In this document: in pieces, positions 49,788 to 59,733 of the stretch
Layout: each line of letters opens with the position of its first letter
Numbering within the stretch: the stretch's first letter is position 1
Notes under the pieces: generated by a model
What the model saw: the letters and a program-made list of their open reading frames with translations, nothing else
Databases searched by the model: none
Told to the model about the DNA's origin: nothing
DNA from: an uncultured Pelagibacteraceae bacterium
GTDB lineage: Bacteria; Pseudomonadota; Alphaproteobacteria; Pelagibacterales; Pelagibacteraceae
Length of the DNA: 64,000 nt
NCBI GenBank assembly: GCA_902531885.1
Contig: CACAFZ010000002.1
Span: 41,247-105,246, forward strand
Direction of reading: 5' to 3'
Position numbers and translations under genes: made by a program

Positions 49788-50521
49788 TAAATTATTTTTT
49801 TAAAAAATCGATCAAATCTTATAATTTTGTTCCAATTCCAGAATTTAAATATACTTCCTTTTTTTTTATCTGATGAAAAAAAAAGAAATTGGGCCTTACC
49901 AACGAGGTTATTTTTATGTACGTAGCCGACTTCGGAAATAAACCTGCTATCTTTAGAGCAATCTCTATTGTCTCCTAAAAAAAAATAGTGTTCTTCAGGA
50001 ACTTCGAATTTAACAGAGTTTAAGAATGTAATTTGATTACTGTAGGATGCTTTATATTTTTTTCCATTAGGTAGTTTTTCTAAGAACGTCGTAACAGATA
50101 GCTCATTATCACCACAAAAATTCTTCATTTTTTTTTTTACTATAGTTTTCAGTATTTGATTATTATTAAGATAAACATCACCATCAATAAATTGTATTGT
50201 GTCACCAGGTAATCCAATTAATCTTTTTATATAATCCGTCCTATTATCTGACGGTGTTTTAAATACAACAACATCACCTCTGTTTGGAGTGGAAAATAAA
50301 AATCTACCATTAAATATTGGTGGACTAAATGGAAAAGAATGTTTGCTATAACCGTATGTATACTTGGTAACAAACAGTCTATCACCAACTAGTAAATTTG
50401 GCTCCATTGAAGATGAAGGTATATAAAAAGGTTGAATAAAAATAGATCTAATAAAAATAGCAATTATTAATGCATAAAATATTGTTTTAATATTTTCGCT
50501 CATAAATTTTTTAGTGATCAT
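49787..50521 (-). CDS. lepB: signal peptidase I
   Basis: IPSSSMEP, YIKRLIGLPGD and GDNRD.S.DSR motifs. Confidence 0.97.
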   Translation of the reverse strand: MITKKFMSENIKTIFYALIIAIFIRSIFIQPFYIPSSSMEPNLLVGDRLFVTKYTYGYSKHSFPFSPPIFNGRFLFSTPNRGDVVVFKTPSDNRTDYIKRLIGLPGDTIQFIDGDVYLNNNQILKTIVKKKMKNFCGDNELSVTTFLEKLPNGKKYKASYSNQITFLNSVKFEVPEEHYFFLGDNRDCSKDSRFISEVGYVHKNNLVGKAQFLFFSSDKKKGSIFKFWNWNKIIRFDRFFKKII

Positions 50522-50907
50522 TAATTTTTATTTATTATTACAAAAGCAATTGAGTATTTTTTTTCATCTGATATTGACAAAAAGATTCTAATATTTTTAT
50601 GTTTCATTTTTTTTTCAATTATTTTTTTTATTTTTCTTGTCAAATGAATCTCGGGTTTACCATATATGTTATTTTTGATAGAAATGTCATTAAAATTCAT
50701 TCCGTTTCTAAAACCTGTTCCTAATGCTTTAGCAAAAGCTTCCTTTGCTGCAAATCTTTTTGCAAAAAAAACACCTTTGTTATAGGCTTTTTTGGAATCA
50801 GTAATTTCTGATTTAGAGTAAATTCTTTCTATAAATTTTCTATTTGAAATTAATTTAATTATTCTAGAATTTTCTACAATATCAATTCCATTACCTACTA
50901 TTTTCAT
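50521..50907 (-). CDS. acpS: holo-ACP synthase
   Basis: GIDIV and RFAAKEAFAKALGTG motifs. Confidence 0.96.
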   Translation of the reverse strand: MKIVGNGIDIVENSRIIKLISNRKFIERIYSKSEITDSKKAYNKGVFFAKRFAAKEAFAKALGTGFRNGMNFNDISIKNNIYGKPEIHLTRKIKKIIEKKMKHKNIRIFLSISDEKKYSIAFVIINKN

Positions 50908-51623
50908 TATTTTAAAATATTTTTAAATTTAGTTATAGTATTTTTAAATCCCCAGAATATGGACTCACCTACAATAAAATGCCCAATATTAAATTCATCT
51001 ATATTATCTAATTTAGAAAGTATTTTTGCAGTCTTAAAATCCATGCCGTGACCAGCATGGACTTCTAGATCTAATAACTTTGCAAGCTTAATTGATTTTT
51101 TTATTTTTATTAATTCACTACCATAATTAATGCCTTTTTTAATTTTATTAGAAATTTTTCCCGTATGTATTTCTATACATTTAGTACCTAGAGACTTGGC
51201 AATTTTAATATCAGATAAATTAGAGTTAATAAATAAACTTGTACGAATTTTGTTTTTGTTTAATATATTTAAATAATTTTTTAACTTTTGTTTATTTTTA
51301 TTTAAATTTAAACCACCTTCAGTAGTAATTTCTTTTCTTTTTTCGGGTACAATACATATAAAGTTTGGTTTATATTTTAAAGCAATCTTTAACATTTCAT
51401 TTGTACATGCAATTTCTAAATTAAGTGGTATTTTTTTATTTCTCGAAATATTTATCAAATCTTTATCATTTATATGTCTGCGATCTTCTCTTAAATGTAT
51501 TGTTATAGAATTTGCTCCATATTTAATCGCAAGATTTGCAGCTTGAAGTGGATTAGGATGAGTTTCTTTTCTTGCATTTCTTAATGTGGCAACATGATCA
51601 ATATTTACACCAAGTCTTATCAT
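50907..51623 (-). CDS. pdxJ: pyridoxine 5'-phosphate synthase
   Basis: LGVNIDHVATLRNAR, HLREDRRHI, TTEGGL and HAGHG motifs. Confidence 0.97.
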   Translation of the reverse strand: MIRLGVNIDHVATLRNARKETHPNPLQAANLAIKYGANSITIHLREDRRHINDKDLINISRNKKIPLNLEIACTNEMLKIALKYKPNFICIVPEKRKEITTEGGLNLNKNKQKLKNYLNILNKNKIRTSLFINSNLSDIKIAKSLGTKCIEIHTGKISNKIKKGINYGSELIKIKKSIKLAKLLDLEVHAGHGMDFKTAKILSKLDNIDEFNIGHFIVGESIFWGFKNTITKFKNILK

Positions 51624-52207
51624 GAAATATGTCTGCTACCAGGTTTGGTGATTTTAATAGATTTTAAATCATTTGGTAATTTATTTTTTTTATAGGTTGG
51701 TATTTTAATTTTAATTTGTGAAACTATTTTTTTTTTTATTTTTAAAGATTTTTTATTAGATCTATCTATAAGACATGCAAACCCAAGGGTTTTTCCTTTT
51801 GCTTTTTTGACAAGCTTTTCACATTCCAAACTAGATTTACCTGTTGTTATAACATCCTCTAAAATTAAAACTCGCGATTTATTTCTTATAGTAAATCCTC
51901 TTCTTAATTTAAATTTTTTTTTTACTCTTTCACAAAATATAGTTTCAATATTTAACAATCTTCCTATTTCATATCCAATAATTATACCGCCTATAGCGGG
52001 AGAAAGAATTACATCAATTTTTTTATAATTTTTTTTTATTTTTTTTGATAATGAAGTGCAGATTTTTTTAGCTGCATTAGGAAAACTTAGAAGTTTAGCG
52101 CATTGGACGTATTTAGATGAGTGAAGTCCAGATGATAAAACAAAATGTCCTTCAAGTAGAGCATTAGTTTTTTTTAAAACCGCTAAAGAGTCTTTTAATG
52201 AAAGCAT
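51620..52207 (-). CDS. pyrE: orotate phosphoribosyltransferase
   Basis: GHFVLSSGLHS and LEDVITTGKS PRPP motif. Confidence 0.95.
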   Translation of the reverse strand: MLSLKDSLAVLKKTNALLEGHFVLSSGLHSSKYVQCAKLLSFPNAAKKICTSLSKKIKKNYKKIDVILSPAIGGIIIGYEIGRLLNIETIFCERVKKKFKLRRGFTIRNKSRVLILEDVITTGKSSLECEKLVKKAKGKTLGFACLIDRSNKKSLKIKKKIVSQIKIKIPTYKKNKLPNDLKSIKITKPGSRHIS

Positions 52208-53909
52208 ATTTTTTGTTTTTATGTCTAATAATTTTGAAATTATATTCTTTTTGTTTTAGCTCACTGATAAGTTTTGTAAAGTTTTTCAAATCGTGAATAA
52301 TCAAATTAAATCTAAAATTAATAGTTTTTTGCGTTTTTTCTACCATTTCAACACTTGAGATATTAACATTATTAGAACCTATCATGGTTGTCACATCACC
52401 TAATCTTCCAGGTTGGTCGGGTAAAGAAATCCAAAGTGTAGTATTATACATTTTAGGTTTTGATGACTTTGAGTTATCTTTATATTGCCAATGACGTTTT
52501 ATTGCAGCTCTAGCCTTACCTGTTTTTGCTGAGGAAAGCCAGTGCAAAGATGGTGAAATTTTTTTTGAAGTAATTATTTTAACAACATCTCCATTTGTTA
52601 TAACAGATTGAAGAGGGCTGCCTTTACCATTTATTTCACAACCAATGGCAGTATCTCCAACTTGAGTATGAACAGCATATGCAAAATCTATTGGAGTTGC
52701 GTCCTTAGGCAATTTAATAACGGATCCTTTTGGTGTAAAACAAAAAGTATTTTCTTGGAACATTTGAAGCTTAGTATATTCATATGAATCTTCTGGATTT
52801 TCATTTTTATCTATTATTTCAACTAAATCAGCTAACCAATCATATTCTTTCCAAGTTAATGAATTAAATTTTTCAGAAGATTTATATTTCCAATGAGATG
52901 CAATCCCTCTTTCTGCAAATTCATGCATTTGCAATGTCCTTAACTGTATTTCTATAGGTCTCTTGTTAGGTCCAATTATAGCAGTATGAAGTGATTGGTA
53001 TTTATTTATTTTTGGAGATGAAATATAATCTTTAAATCTTCCAGGAATACAATTCCATTGACTATGAAAAATTCCTAATGATTTATAACAATATTCTATT
53101 TTATCTAAAATTATTCTAAAGCCTATAATATCTGTAATTTGTTCAAGAGAAGTTCTTTTTTTTTGAATTTTTCTCCAAATAGAAAAAGGTGTTTTTTCTC
53201 TTCCAATAATTTTGCATGATATTCCATTATCATTTAAAGCTTTTGAAAATTCATCAGAGATATTATTAAAATTTGCCAAATTGTTTTCTTTAATTTTTTC
53301 TAATCTATCTTTAATTAACTTTCTAGCTTCTGGATTAAGAACATCAAAAGATAAGTCTTCAAGTTCATCTCTTATTCTATGCATGCCCATTCTATCAGCA
53401 AGTGGTGCATAAATTTCCATTGTTTCTTTTGATTTTCTAATACGTTTATTTTCATCAGTTACAAACTTTATTGTTCTCATGTTGTGAAGTCTGTCAGCGA
53501 GTTTAACTAATAATACTCTTATATCTTTTGATGTAGCTAAAATAAGTTTTCTAAAGTTTTCAGCTTTAGAATTAGAAATTGCTTGGTTTTCAAACTCTGA
53601 TATTTTGGTAACTCCGTCTACTAAGTCTGCTACTTCTTTACCAAATTCACTTTCTATCTTTTGATAAGTTGCATGGGTATCTTCAATAGTATCATGCAAA
53701 AGACCAGTTGCAATTGTAGCACTATCAAGCTTTAATTCTGTGAGTATATCGGCAACAGCAACAGGATGAATAATATAAGGTGACCCTTCGTCTCTTTTTT
53801 GTTTTTCATGAGCCTTTAATGCAAAGTTATAGGCTTTCGATAAAGTTTCAGGGTTTAGAAACTTATTATATAATTTTACTTTACTAATCAAATCTTCAGA
53901 ATTAAGCAT
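52164..53909 (-). CDS. spoT: RelA/SpoT (p)ppGpp synthetase/hydrolase
   Basis: HD domain (LHDTIED), KLADRLHNMRT, YQSLHT; TGS and ACT domains. Confidence 0.96.
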   Translation of the reverse strand: MLNSEDLISKVKLYNKFLNPETLSKAYNFALKAHEKQKRDEGSPYIIHPVAVADILTELKLDSATIATGLLHDTIEDTHATYQKIESEFGKEVADLVDGVTKISEFENQAISNSKAENFRKLILATSKDIRVLLVKLADRLHNMRTIKFVTDENKRIRKSKETMEIYAPLADRMGMHRIRDELEDLSFDVLNPEARKLIKDRLEKIKENNLANFNNISDEFSKALNDNGISCKIIGREKTPFSIWRKIQKKRTSLEQITDIIGFRIILDKIEYCYKSLGIFHSQWNCIPGRFKDYISSPKINKYQSLHTAIIGPNKRPIEIQLRTLQMHEFAERGIASHWKYKSSEKFNSLTWKEYDWLADLVEIIDKNENPEDSYEYTKLQMFQENTFCFTPKGSVIKLPKDATPIDFAYAVHTQVGDTAIGCEINGKGSPLQSVITNGDVVKIITSKKISPSLHWLSSAKTGKARAAIKRHWQYKDNSKSSKPKMYNTTLWISLPDQPGRLGDVTTMIGSNNVNISSVEMVEKTQKTINFRFNLIIHDLKNFTKLISELKQKEYNFKIIRHKNKKYAFIKRLFSGFKKN

Positions 53910-53928
53910 ACTTACTTATATCACTTAT

Positions 53929-54456
53929 TTAAGTAATTTTAATAGTTCTTAAATCTTTATTATTAATATTAGATAATAATTGGCTTATTTTCAGTTTATT
54001 AATTGGATGTATCCAATTTTTTGAAATTTCATATAAGGGGAATAGGACAAAATTTCTTTTATGCAATCTTGGGTGTGGTATTAATAAACAATTATTATCA
54101 ATGTTTGTAGATACAATCTTTCTGTCATAATCTAAAATATCAATATCACATATCCTGGGATAATTTTTTTTTGTATTTTTTCTTCCTAGTTTTTTTTCTA
54201 CATATTTTATTACATTAAAAAGAATTTTAGGCTTCAAAAATGTTGTACACATAATTGCAATATTTAAATATTTCGGAAAATTTTTATTAGGCCAAGAGTC
54301 TGACTCGTAGTAGCTAGAAGCTTTGATTATTTTAATTCCTCTAAAATTTAGTAAAAACTTTGCTTTTTCTAAATTTTTTTTTCTATTTCCTATATTTGAC
54401 CCTAGGGCTAAAAAAATAACCTTAGCTTGATTTTCTGAAATATCTTGCTTTTTCAC
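53929..54456 (-). CDS. folK: 2-amino-4-hydroxy-6-hydroxymethyldihydropteridine diphosphokinase
   Basis: [17 protein letters not shown] and [13 protein letters not shown] motifs; start uncertain (GTG 54456 overlaps the smpB end). Confidence 0.92.
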   Translation of the reverse strand: MKKQDISENQAKVIFLALGSNIGNRKKNLEKAKFLLNFRGIKIIKASSYYESDSWPNKNFPKYLNIAIMCTTFLKPKILFNVIKYVEKKLGRKNTKKNYPRICDIDILDYDRKIVSTNIDNNCLLIPHPRLHKRNFVLFPLYEISKNWIHPINKLKISQLLSNINNKDLRTIKIT

Positions 54457-54892
54457 GATTCCAATCTCTTGTTTTTTTAGTATGTCTTTTGTCATGTTGT
54501 TTTTTTCCTTTAGCAACAGCTATTTCAATTTTAGCTTTACCCTTTTTAAAATACATTTTAGTAGGTATTAATGTAAATCCTTCTTGATTTACTTTGCCTA
54601 TAAGTTTGTTAATTTCCTTTTTGTTAAATAAAAGTTTTCTTTCTTCGTATGGATTATGATTAGAGAAACTTGCTTCCTTATAAATAGGTATATGTGAATT
54701 TATCAAAAAAATTTCACCATTTTTTTCAACAGCATATGACTCACCAATATTTATTTTTCCAGATCTTACAGATTTTATCTCAGAACCTTTTAATACAATT
54801 CCAGCTTCAATAATGTCATTAAAAAAATAATTAAAACCTGCTTTTCGATTAAGGCAAATAATTTTTAAACCAGTGCCAGTTTTTTTTTTCAT
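54422..54892 (-). CDS. smpB: SsrA-binding protein
   Basis: [19 protein letters not shown] and KGKKQHDKR motifs. Confidence 0.97.
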   Translation of the reverse strand: MKKKTGTGLKIICLNRKAGFNYFFNDIIEAGIVLKGSEIKSVRSGKINIGESYAVEKNGEIFLINSHIPIYKEASFSNHNPYEERKLLFNKKEINKLIGKVNQEGFTLIPTKMYFKKGKAKIEIAVAKGKKQHDKRHTKKTRDWNREKARYFRKSS

Positions 54893-55776
54893 TAACTAAT
54901 TAGTTTGGCAGATGATAAAGCTTTTTTAACTTTTTCTTGTGTTTCTTTTTTAATTTTTACTAGAGGAAGTCTTATTTCATCATCACATAAACCTAAAAGT
55001 TTTGCTGCGTATTTAACTGGTGCCGGATTACTTTCTATAAATAATGACTTGTGTACTGGTTGGAGAATTTGATCTATTTTCTCCGCTTCTTTTAAATCAT
55101 TATCAGATTTGGATTTTGAATACTTTTGCATATCAGAACAAAGTTTTGGAGCGATATTGGCAGTAACAGATATAACTCCAACTCCTCCTCTTTTATTAAA
55201 TTCAAATGCAAGCCCATCTTCACCGGTTAGCTGTATAAAATCTGGTCCTAATTTTTTTATGGTTTCATCAAGTCTATTAAGATCGCCAGTTGCATCTTTA
55301 ACACCAGAAATATTTTTTAGTTCAAATAATCTTGACATAGTATCAACTGACATATCGATTACACACCTGCTCGGAATGTTATAAATTATAATTGGTAGGC
55401 CTGTATTATCATTTATAGCTTTATAATGGTGGTACAAACCTTCTTGTGTAGGCTTATTATAATAAGGTGTAACAACTAACACTCCATCAGCACCAGCTTT
55501 TTCTGCATGCTTAGTTAAAGAAATAGCTTCATCTGTGGAATTGGATCCGGTACCTGCTATTACAGGTATCTTTCCACCTGATTCATTTATACAAAGTTCT
55601 ATAACTTTTTGATGTTCTTCGTGTGATAAAGTTGGTGACTCACCAGTAGTGCCAGCTGGAACTAATCCATTAGTGCCATTTTCAAGGTGAAAATTAATTA
55701 ATTTAATATAATTTTCTTCATCTAGTTTGTTGTTTTTAAATGGTGTAACTAAAGCTACATTTGAACCTTTAAACAT
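54892..55776 (-). CDS. dapA: 4-hydroxy-tetrahydrodipicolinate synthase
   Basis: GTTGES, PYYNKP, YNIPSR and KDATG motifs. Confidence 0.97.
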   Translation of the reverse strand: MFKGSNVALVTPFKNNKLDEENYIKLINFHLENGTNGLVPAGTTGESPTLSHEEHQKVIELCINESGGKIPVIAGTGSNSTDEAISLTKHAEKAGADGVLVVTPYYNKPTQEGLYHHYKAINDNTGLPIIIYNIPSRCVIDMSVDTMSRLFELKNISGVKDATGDLNRLDETIKKLGPDFIQLTGEDGLAFEFNKRGGVGVISVTANIAPKLCSDMQKYSKSKSDNDLKEAEKIDQILQPVHKSLFIESNPAPVKYAAKLLGLCDDEIRLPLVKIKKETQEKVKKALSSAKLIS

Positions 55777-55816
55777 AAATACTTATAACATAGATTACTG
55801 AATTGTTTAAAAATAT

Positions 55817-58042
55817 ATGAAACTTATTTTAGCAAAAATATTAGCAATAAACTTACTTTTTTTATCTTGTGCTATTTTTTCATACTCGGAAGAAATTATT
55901 TTTCCAAAAAAAAAGCCTGCTCTATCTAGCGAAATTATCGAAAAGAAAGTTTCTAAAAATATACTACTACCTAAAAAAAAACCAATAAAACTTCCTATTA
56001 AAAAACCTAAGGAGAAAAAGAGTGTTTTAAAAGAAAAAGAAATAAAAAAAGTAAAAGGTACTATAATACCTAAATCAAAACCTCTAATTGTAAAAAAAAG
56101 TAGTTCAAAAATTGCTAAAAAATCTAAATATTTTAGAAAAAAAGATTTTTTATATGCAAAACAAGCTATTCAGTTAATGGAAAAAAGAAAATGGAAGTCA
56201 GCAGAAAAAATAGCAAAAAAAGCCCGTGATAAATCTATTTATAATTTTATACAATGGAGACATTTATTAACTACTGGTAATACAGCAAGTTTTTTTGAAT
56301 ATAAGGAATTTATCGAAAGAAACAAAAATTATCCACGAATGGGTAGAATTAAATATCTTGCTGAACACAAGATTTCTACAAAAATTTTATCTCCAAAAAA
56401 GATTATTAATATGTTTGAAAAATCTGAACCATTAAGTGGATATGGAAAAATAATTTTAGGTGAAAGTTTTATTAAAAGTGGAAATATTAATAAAGGAACC
56501 AAACTAATTAAAGATGGTTGGATTACAGCAGATTTATCAAGATCTGAACTTAAATCCTTTAGAAAAAAATATAAAAAATATCTTAATTCTAAAGATTATA
56601 TTAAAAGAGCTGATTATCTAGCTTGGGAAAATAAATATTGGGATTTAAAAAGAATGCTAAGATATTTACCAAAGGAGTATCAGTTACTTTATACTGCAAG
56701 GCAGCTTTTAATGAGCAAATCTTATGGGGTAGATAATGCTATAAGCAAGGTTCCTAAAAAATTTATCAATGATCCTGGTCTTAATTATGACAGACTTAAA
56801 TGGAGAAGAAAAAGAGGTAGATTAGAAAGTTCATTAGAAATTTTAGACAATATAAGAAATACAAAAGACTATATGGTAAGACCTGATAAATGGTGGATCG
56901 AAAGATCAATTATAGCTAGGTCATTGATATATAAAAAAAAATATCAAAAAGCATATAAAATAACAAGCATGCATGGATTAAGTGGTGGTCCTGAATTTGC
57001 TAATGCAGAATGGATGAGTGGATGGATAGCTTTAAGTTTTTTAAAAGATCCAATAAGAGCCATTGAACATTTCAGCAAATTTTATGAAAACGTTGGATAT
57101 CCTATAAGTTTATCTAGAGGTGCTTACTGGTTAGGAAGATCATACGAAAAAATTGGTGATAGTGAACTTTCTGCTAGGTGGTACAAAGAAGGTTCAAAAT
57201 ATTTAACTACATATTATGGACAATTATCTCATATGAAAATTTATCCTAATAAAAAATTTGAACTAAGCAAACTAATGAAGGTTGATGATAAATTAATGAA
57301 AAAATTTTACGAAAAAGATTTAATAAAATTAGTTTATTTGTTGCATGAATTAGATAAAGATAAATACACTAAACATATATTAAGATATTTAGCTAAGGAA
57401 AATGTGAATATGGGAAGTGAAATACTTGCTGCAAAATTAGCAACTGATATAAATAGATTTGATTTTGCAATACAAGTTGCTAAGCAAGCATCGTATGAAA
57501 AAAGATTTCATAACAAATACAATTATCCAATAATTAGTGTGCCTAAATATGTATCAAAAAGGAAAATACCTGAGCCAGCTTTTATATTGTCAATAATTAG
57601 ACAAGAAAGTGAATTTGACACTTCTGCTCATAGCCATGCTGGTGCAAAAGGTTTAATGCAATTAATGACTTATACCGCAAAAGTTGTAGCCAAACAGGCA
57701 AAACTAGCTTATTCAAAATCAAAACTAACAAAAGATCCTGAATATAATATTAAACTAGGTTCTCATTATATAGCGGGACTTATATTAGAATACGATGGTT
57801 CATATCCATTTGCCATTGCAGCATATAATGCTGGACCTAAAAGAGTAAAATATTGGAAAAAAATTAATAAAAATCCACAAAAAAAACAAATAGATTATGT
57901 GGACTGGATAGAGCTAATTAAATTTAAGGAAACTCGTAATTATGTTCAAAGAGTATTAGAAAATTATAATGTTTACAGATACATACTTGAACAAAAACCA
58001 ATAAAATTGAAAGATTTTTTCAAAAACGATCCACTTTATTAA
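55817..58042 (+). CDS. soluble lytic murein transglycosylase (Slt70-like)
   Basis: IRQESEF, GAKGLMQLM, AAYNAGP and ETRNYVQRV motifs. Confidence 0.93.
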   Translation: MKLILAKILAINLLFLSCAIFSYSEEIIFPKKKPALSSEIIEKKVSKNILLPKKKPIKLPIKKPKEKKSVLKEKEIKKVKGTIIPKSKPLIVKKSSSKIAKKSKYFRKKDFLYAKQAIQLMEKRKWKSAEKIAKKARDKSIYNFIQWRHLLTTGNTASFFEYKEFIERNKNYPRMGRIKYLAEHKISTKILSPKKIINMFEKSEPLSGYGKIILGESFIKSGNINKGTKLIKDGWITADLSRSELKSFRKKYKKYLNSKDYIKRADYLAWENKYWDLKRMLRYLPKEYQLLYTARQLLMSKSYGVDNAISKVPKKFINDPGLNYDRLKWRRKRGRLESSLEILDNIRNTKDYMVRPDKWWIERSIIARSLIYKKKYQKAYKITSMHGLSGGPEFANAEWMSGWIALSFLKDPIRAIEHFSKFYENVGYPISLSRGAYWLGRSYEKIGDSELSARWYKEGSKYLTTYYGQLSHMKIYPNKKFELSKLMKVDDKLMKKFYEKDLIKLVYLLHELDKDKYTKHILRYLAKENVNMGSEILAAKLATDINRFDFAIQVAKQASYEKRFHNKYNYPIISVPKYVSKRKIPEPAFILSIIRQESEFDTSAHSHAGAKGLMQLMTYTAKVVAKQAKLAYSKSKLTKDPEYNIKLGSHYIAGLILEYDGSYPFAIAAYNAGPKRVKYWKKINKNPQKKQIDYVDWIELIKFKETRNYVQRVLENYNVYRYILEQKPIKLKDFFKNDPLY

Positions 58043-58136
58043 TGGCGGTGAGGGAGGGATTCGAACCCTCGGTACGTCATTATAACGTACGGAAGTTTAG
58101 CAAACTCCTGGTTTAAACCAGCTCACCCACCTCACC
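58043..58136 (-). tRNA. tRNA-Ser(GCT)
   Basis: Reverse strand: GGTGAGG/CCTCACC acceptor stem, GCT anticodon, long variable arm, GGTTCGAATCC, CCA. Confidence 0.97.
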
Positions 58137-58204
58137 TTTTTAACATAGTGTGTAACTTGAAATCATTGAATATTCAATATTAATCAAGTAATTTTGTGCA
58201 AATT

Positions 58205-59458
58205 ATGAAAAACAAATACTCAATTTTTTCGTTAATTAAAAATGCATTTAGTTATCATGAAAACTGGCAACGTGCTTGGAGGGATCCTGAGCCTAAAAAA
58301 GAATATGAAGCTATAATTGTTGGTGGTGGTGGTCATGGTTTGGCAACAGCTTTCTATCTAGCTAAAAAACATAATATGAAAAATATAGCTGTTGTTGAAA
58401 AAGGCTGGATTGGCGGAGGTAATACTGGAAGAAATACTACAATTATACGTTCGAATTATTTGTGGGATGCAAGCGCTGGATTATACGATCATGCATTAAA
58501 AATTTGGGAAGGACTCTCACAAGAATTAAATTATAATGTTATGTTCAGTCAAAGAGGAGTTATGAATTTAGCTCATAACCTTCAGGATGTTAGAGATTTA
58601 AAAAGAAGAACTCATGCAAATAGATTAAATGGTATTGATGCAGTTTGGCTAAATACTGAACAAGTTAAAAAATTTTGTCCAATAATTAATACTTCTCCAG
58701 ATATCAGATATCCAGTTCTAGGAGGAACCTTACAAAGAAGAGCTGGTACAGCAAGACATGATGCTGTTGCATGGGGTTATGCTAGAGGTGCAGATGAAAT
58801 GGGGGTAGATATAATTCAAAATTGTGAGGTTAAAGGTATTAAAAGAAATGGCGATAGTGTTGAAGGTATTGAGACGACAAAAGGTTTCATAAAGTCAAAT
58901 AAGATAGGAGTAGTTGCAGCAGGTCATTCAAGCGTTATTGCAGGCATGGTTGATTTAAGATTACCACTTGAGAGTAAGCCTTTGCAAGCTTTAGTATCAG
59001 AACCAGTAAAGCCAATTATAGATACCGTGGTTATGTCCAATGCAGTACACGCTTATGTAAGTCAATCAGATAAAGGAGAATTAGTTATTGGTGCTGGAAC
59101 AGATGCTTACGTTTCATATACACAAAGAGGAAGTCATGACGTTGTTGAGGGAACTTTAAAAGCAATACTAGAGCTCTACCCCATTTTCAGTAGAATGAAA
59201 ATGTTAAGACAATGGGGTGGTATTGTTGATATCTGTCCTGATGCAAGCCCAATAATTAGTAAAACTCATATTAAAGGACTATATTTTAATTGTGGTTGGG
59301 GCACAGGTGGATTTAAGGCTACACCAGGATCAGGTGATTTATTTGCACACACCATTGCTAATAATGAACCTCATAAGTTAAATGCTGATTTTAATATAAA
59401 TAGGTTTGTAAGCGGTGATCTTGTTGATGAACATGGAGCTGCTGCAGTAGCACACTAA
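58205..59458 (+). CDS. soxB: sarcosine oxidase subunit beta
   Basis: [20 protein letters not shown] and [12 protein letters not shown] motifs; start likely ATG 58205. Confidence 0.95.
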   Translation: MKNKYSIFSLIKNAFSYHENWQRAWRDPEPKKEYEAIIVGGGGHGLATAFYLAKKHNMKNIAVVEKGWIGGGNTGRNTTIIRSNYLWDASAGLYDHALKIWEGLSQELNYNVMFSQRGVMNLAHNLQDVRDLKRRTHANRLNGIDAVWLNTEQVKKFCPIINTSPDIRYPVLGGTLQRRAGTARHDAVAWGYARGADEMGVDIIQNCEVKGIKRNGDSVEGIETTKGFIKSNKIGVVAAGHSSVIAGMVDLRLPLESKPLQALVSEPVKPIIDTVVMSNAVHAYVSQSDKGELVIGAGTDAYVSYTQRGSHDVVEGTLKAILELYPIFSRMKMLRQWGGIVDICPDASPIISKTHIKGLYFNCGWGTGGFKATPGSGDLFAHTIANNEPHKLNADFNINRFVSGDLVDEHGAAAVAH

Positions 59459-59733
59459 TGTTTTTAATTAATTGTCCATATTGTGGTGAAAGAGACCAGA
59501 GTGAGTTTTCAGCTGGTGGCGAAGCTCATATTGTAAGACCAAAACAACCGACAGAATTAAGTGATGATAAATGGGCAGAGTTCTTATTTATGAGAAAAAA
59601 TATTAAGGGAGTTCAACTTGAAAGATGGAACCACACTCATGGCTGTAGAAAATGGTTTAACATGGCTAGAGACACATCTAACGATAAAATTCATGCTGTA
59701 TACAAAATGGGCGAAAAACCTCCTATAAAATAA
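59458..59733 (+). CDS. soxD: sarcosine oxidase subunit delta
   Basis: CPYCGER..EF and W.HTHGCRKWF motifs. Confidence 0.95.
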   Translation: MFLINCPYCGERDQSEFSAGGEAHIVRPKQPTELSDDKWAEFLFMRKNIKGVQLERWNHTHGCRKWFNMARDTSNDKIHAVYKMGEKPPIK

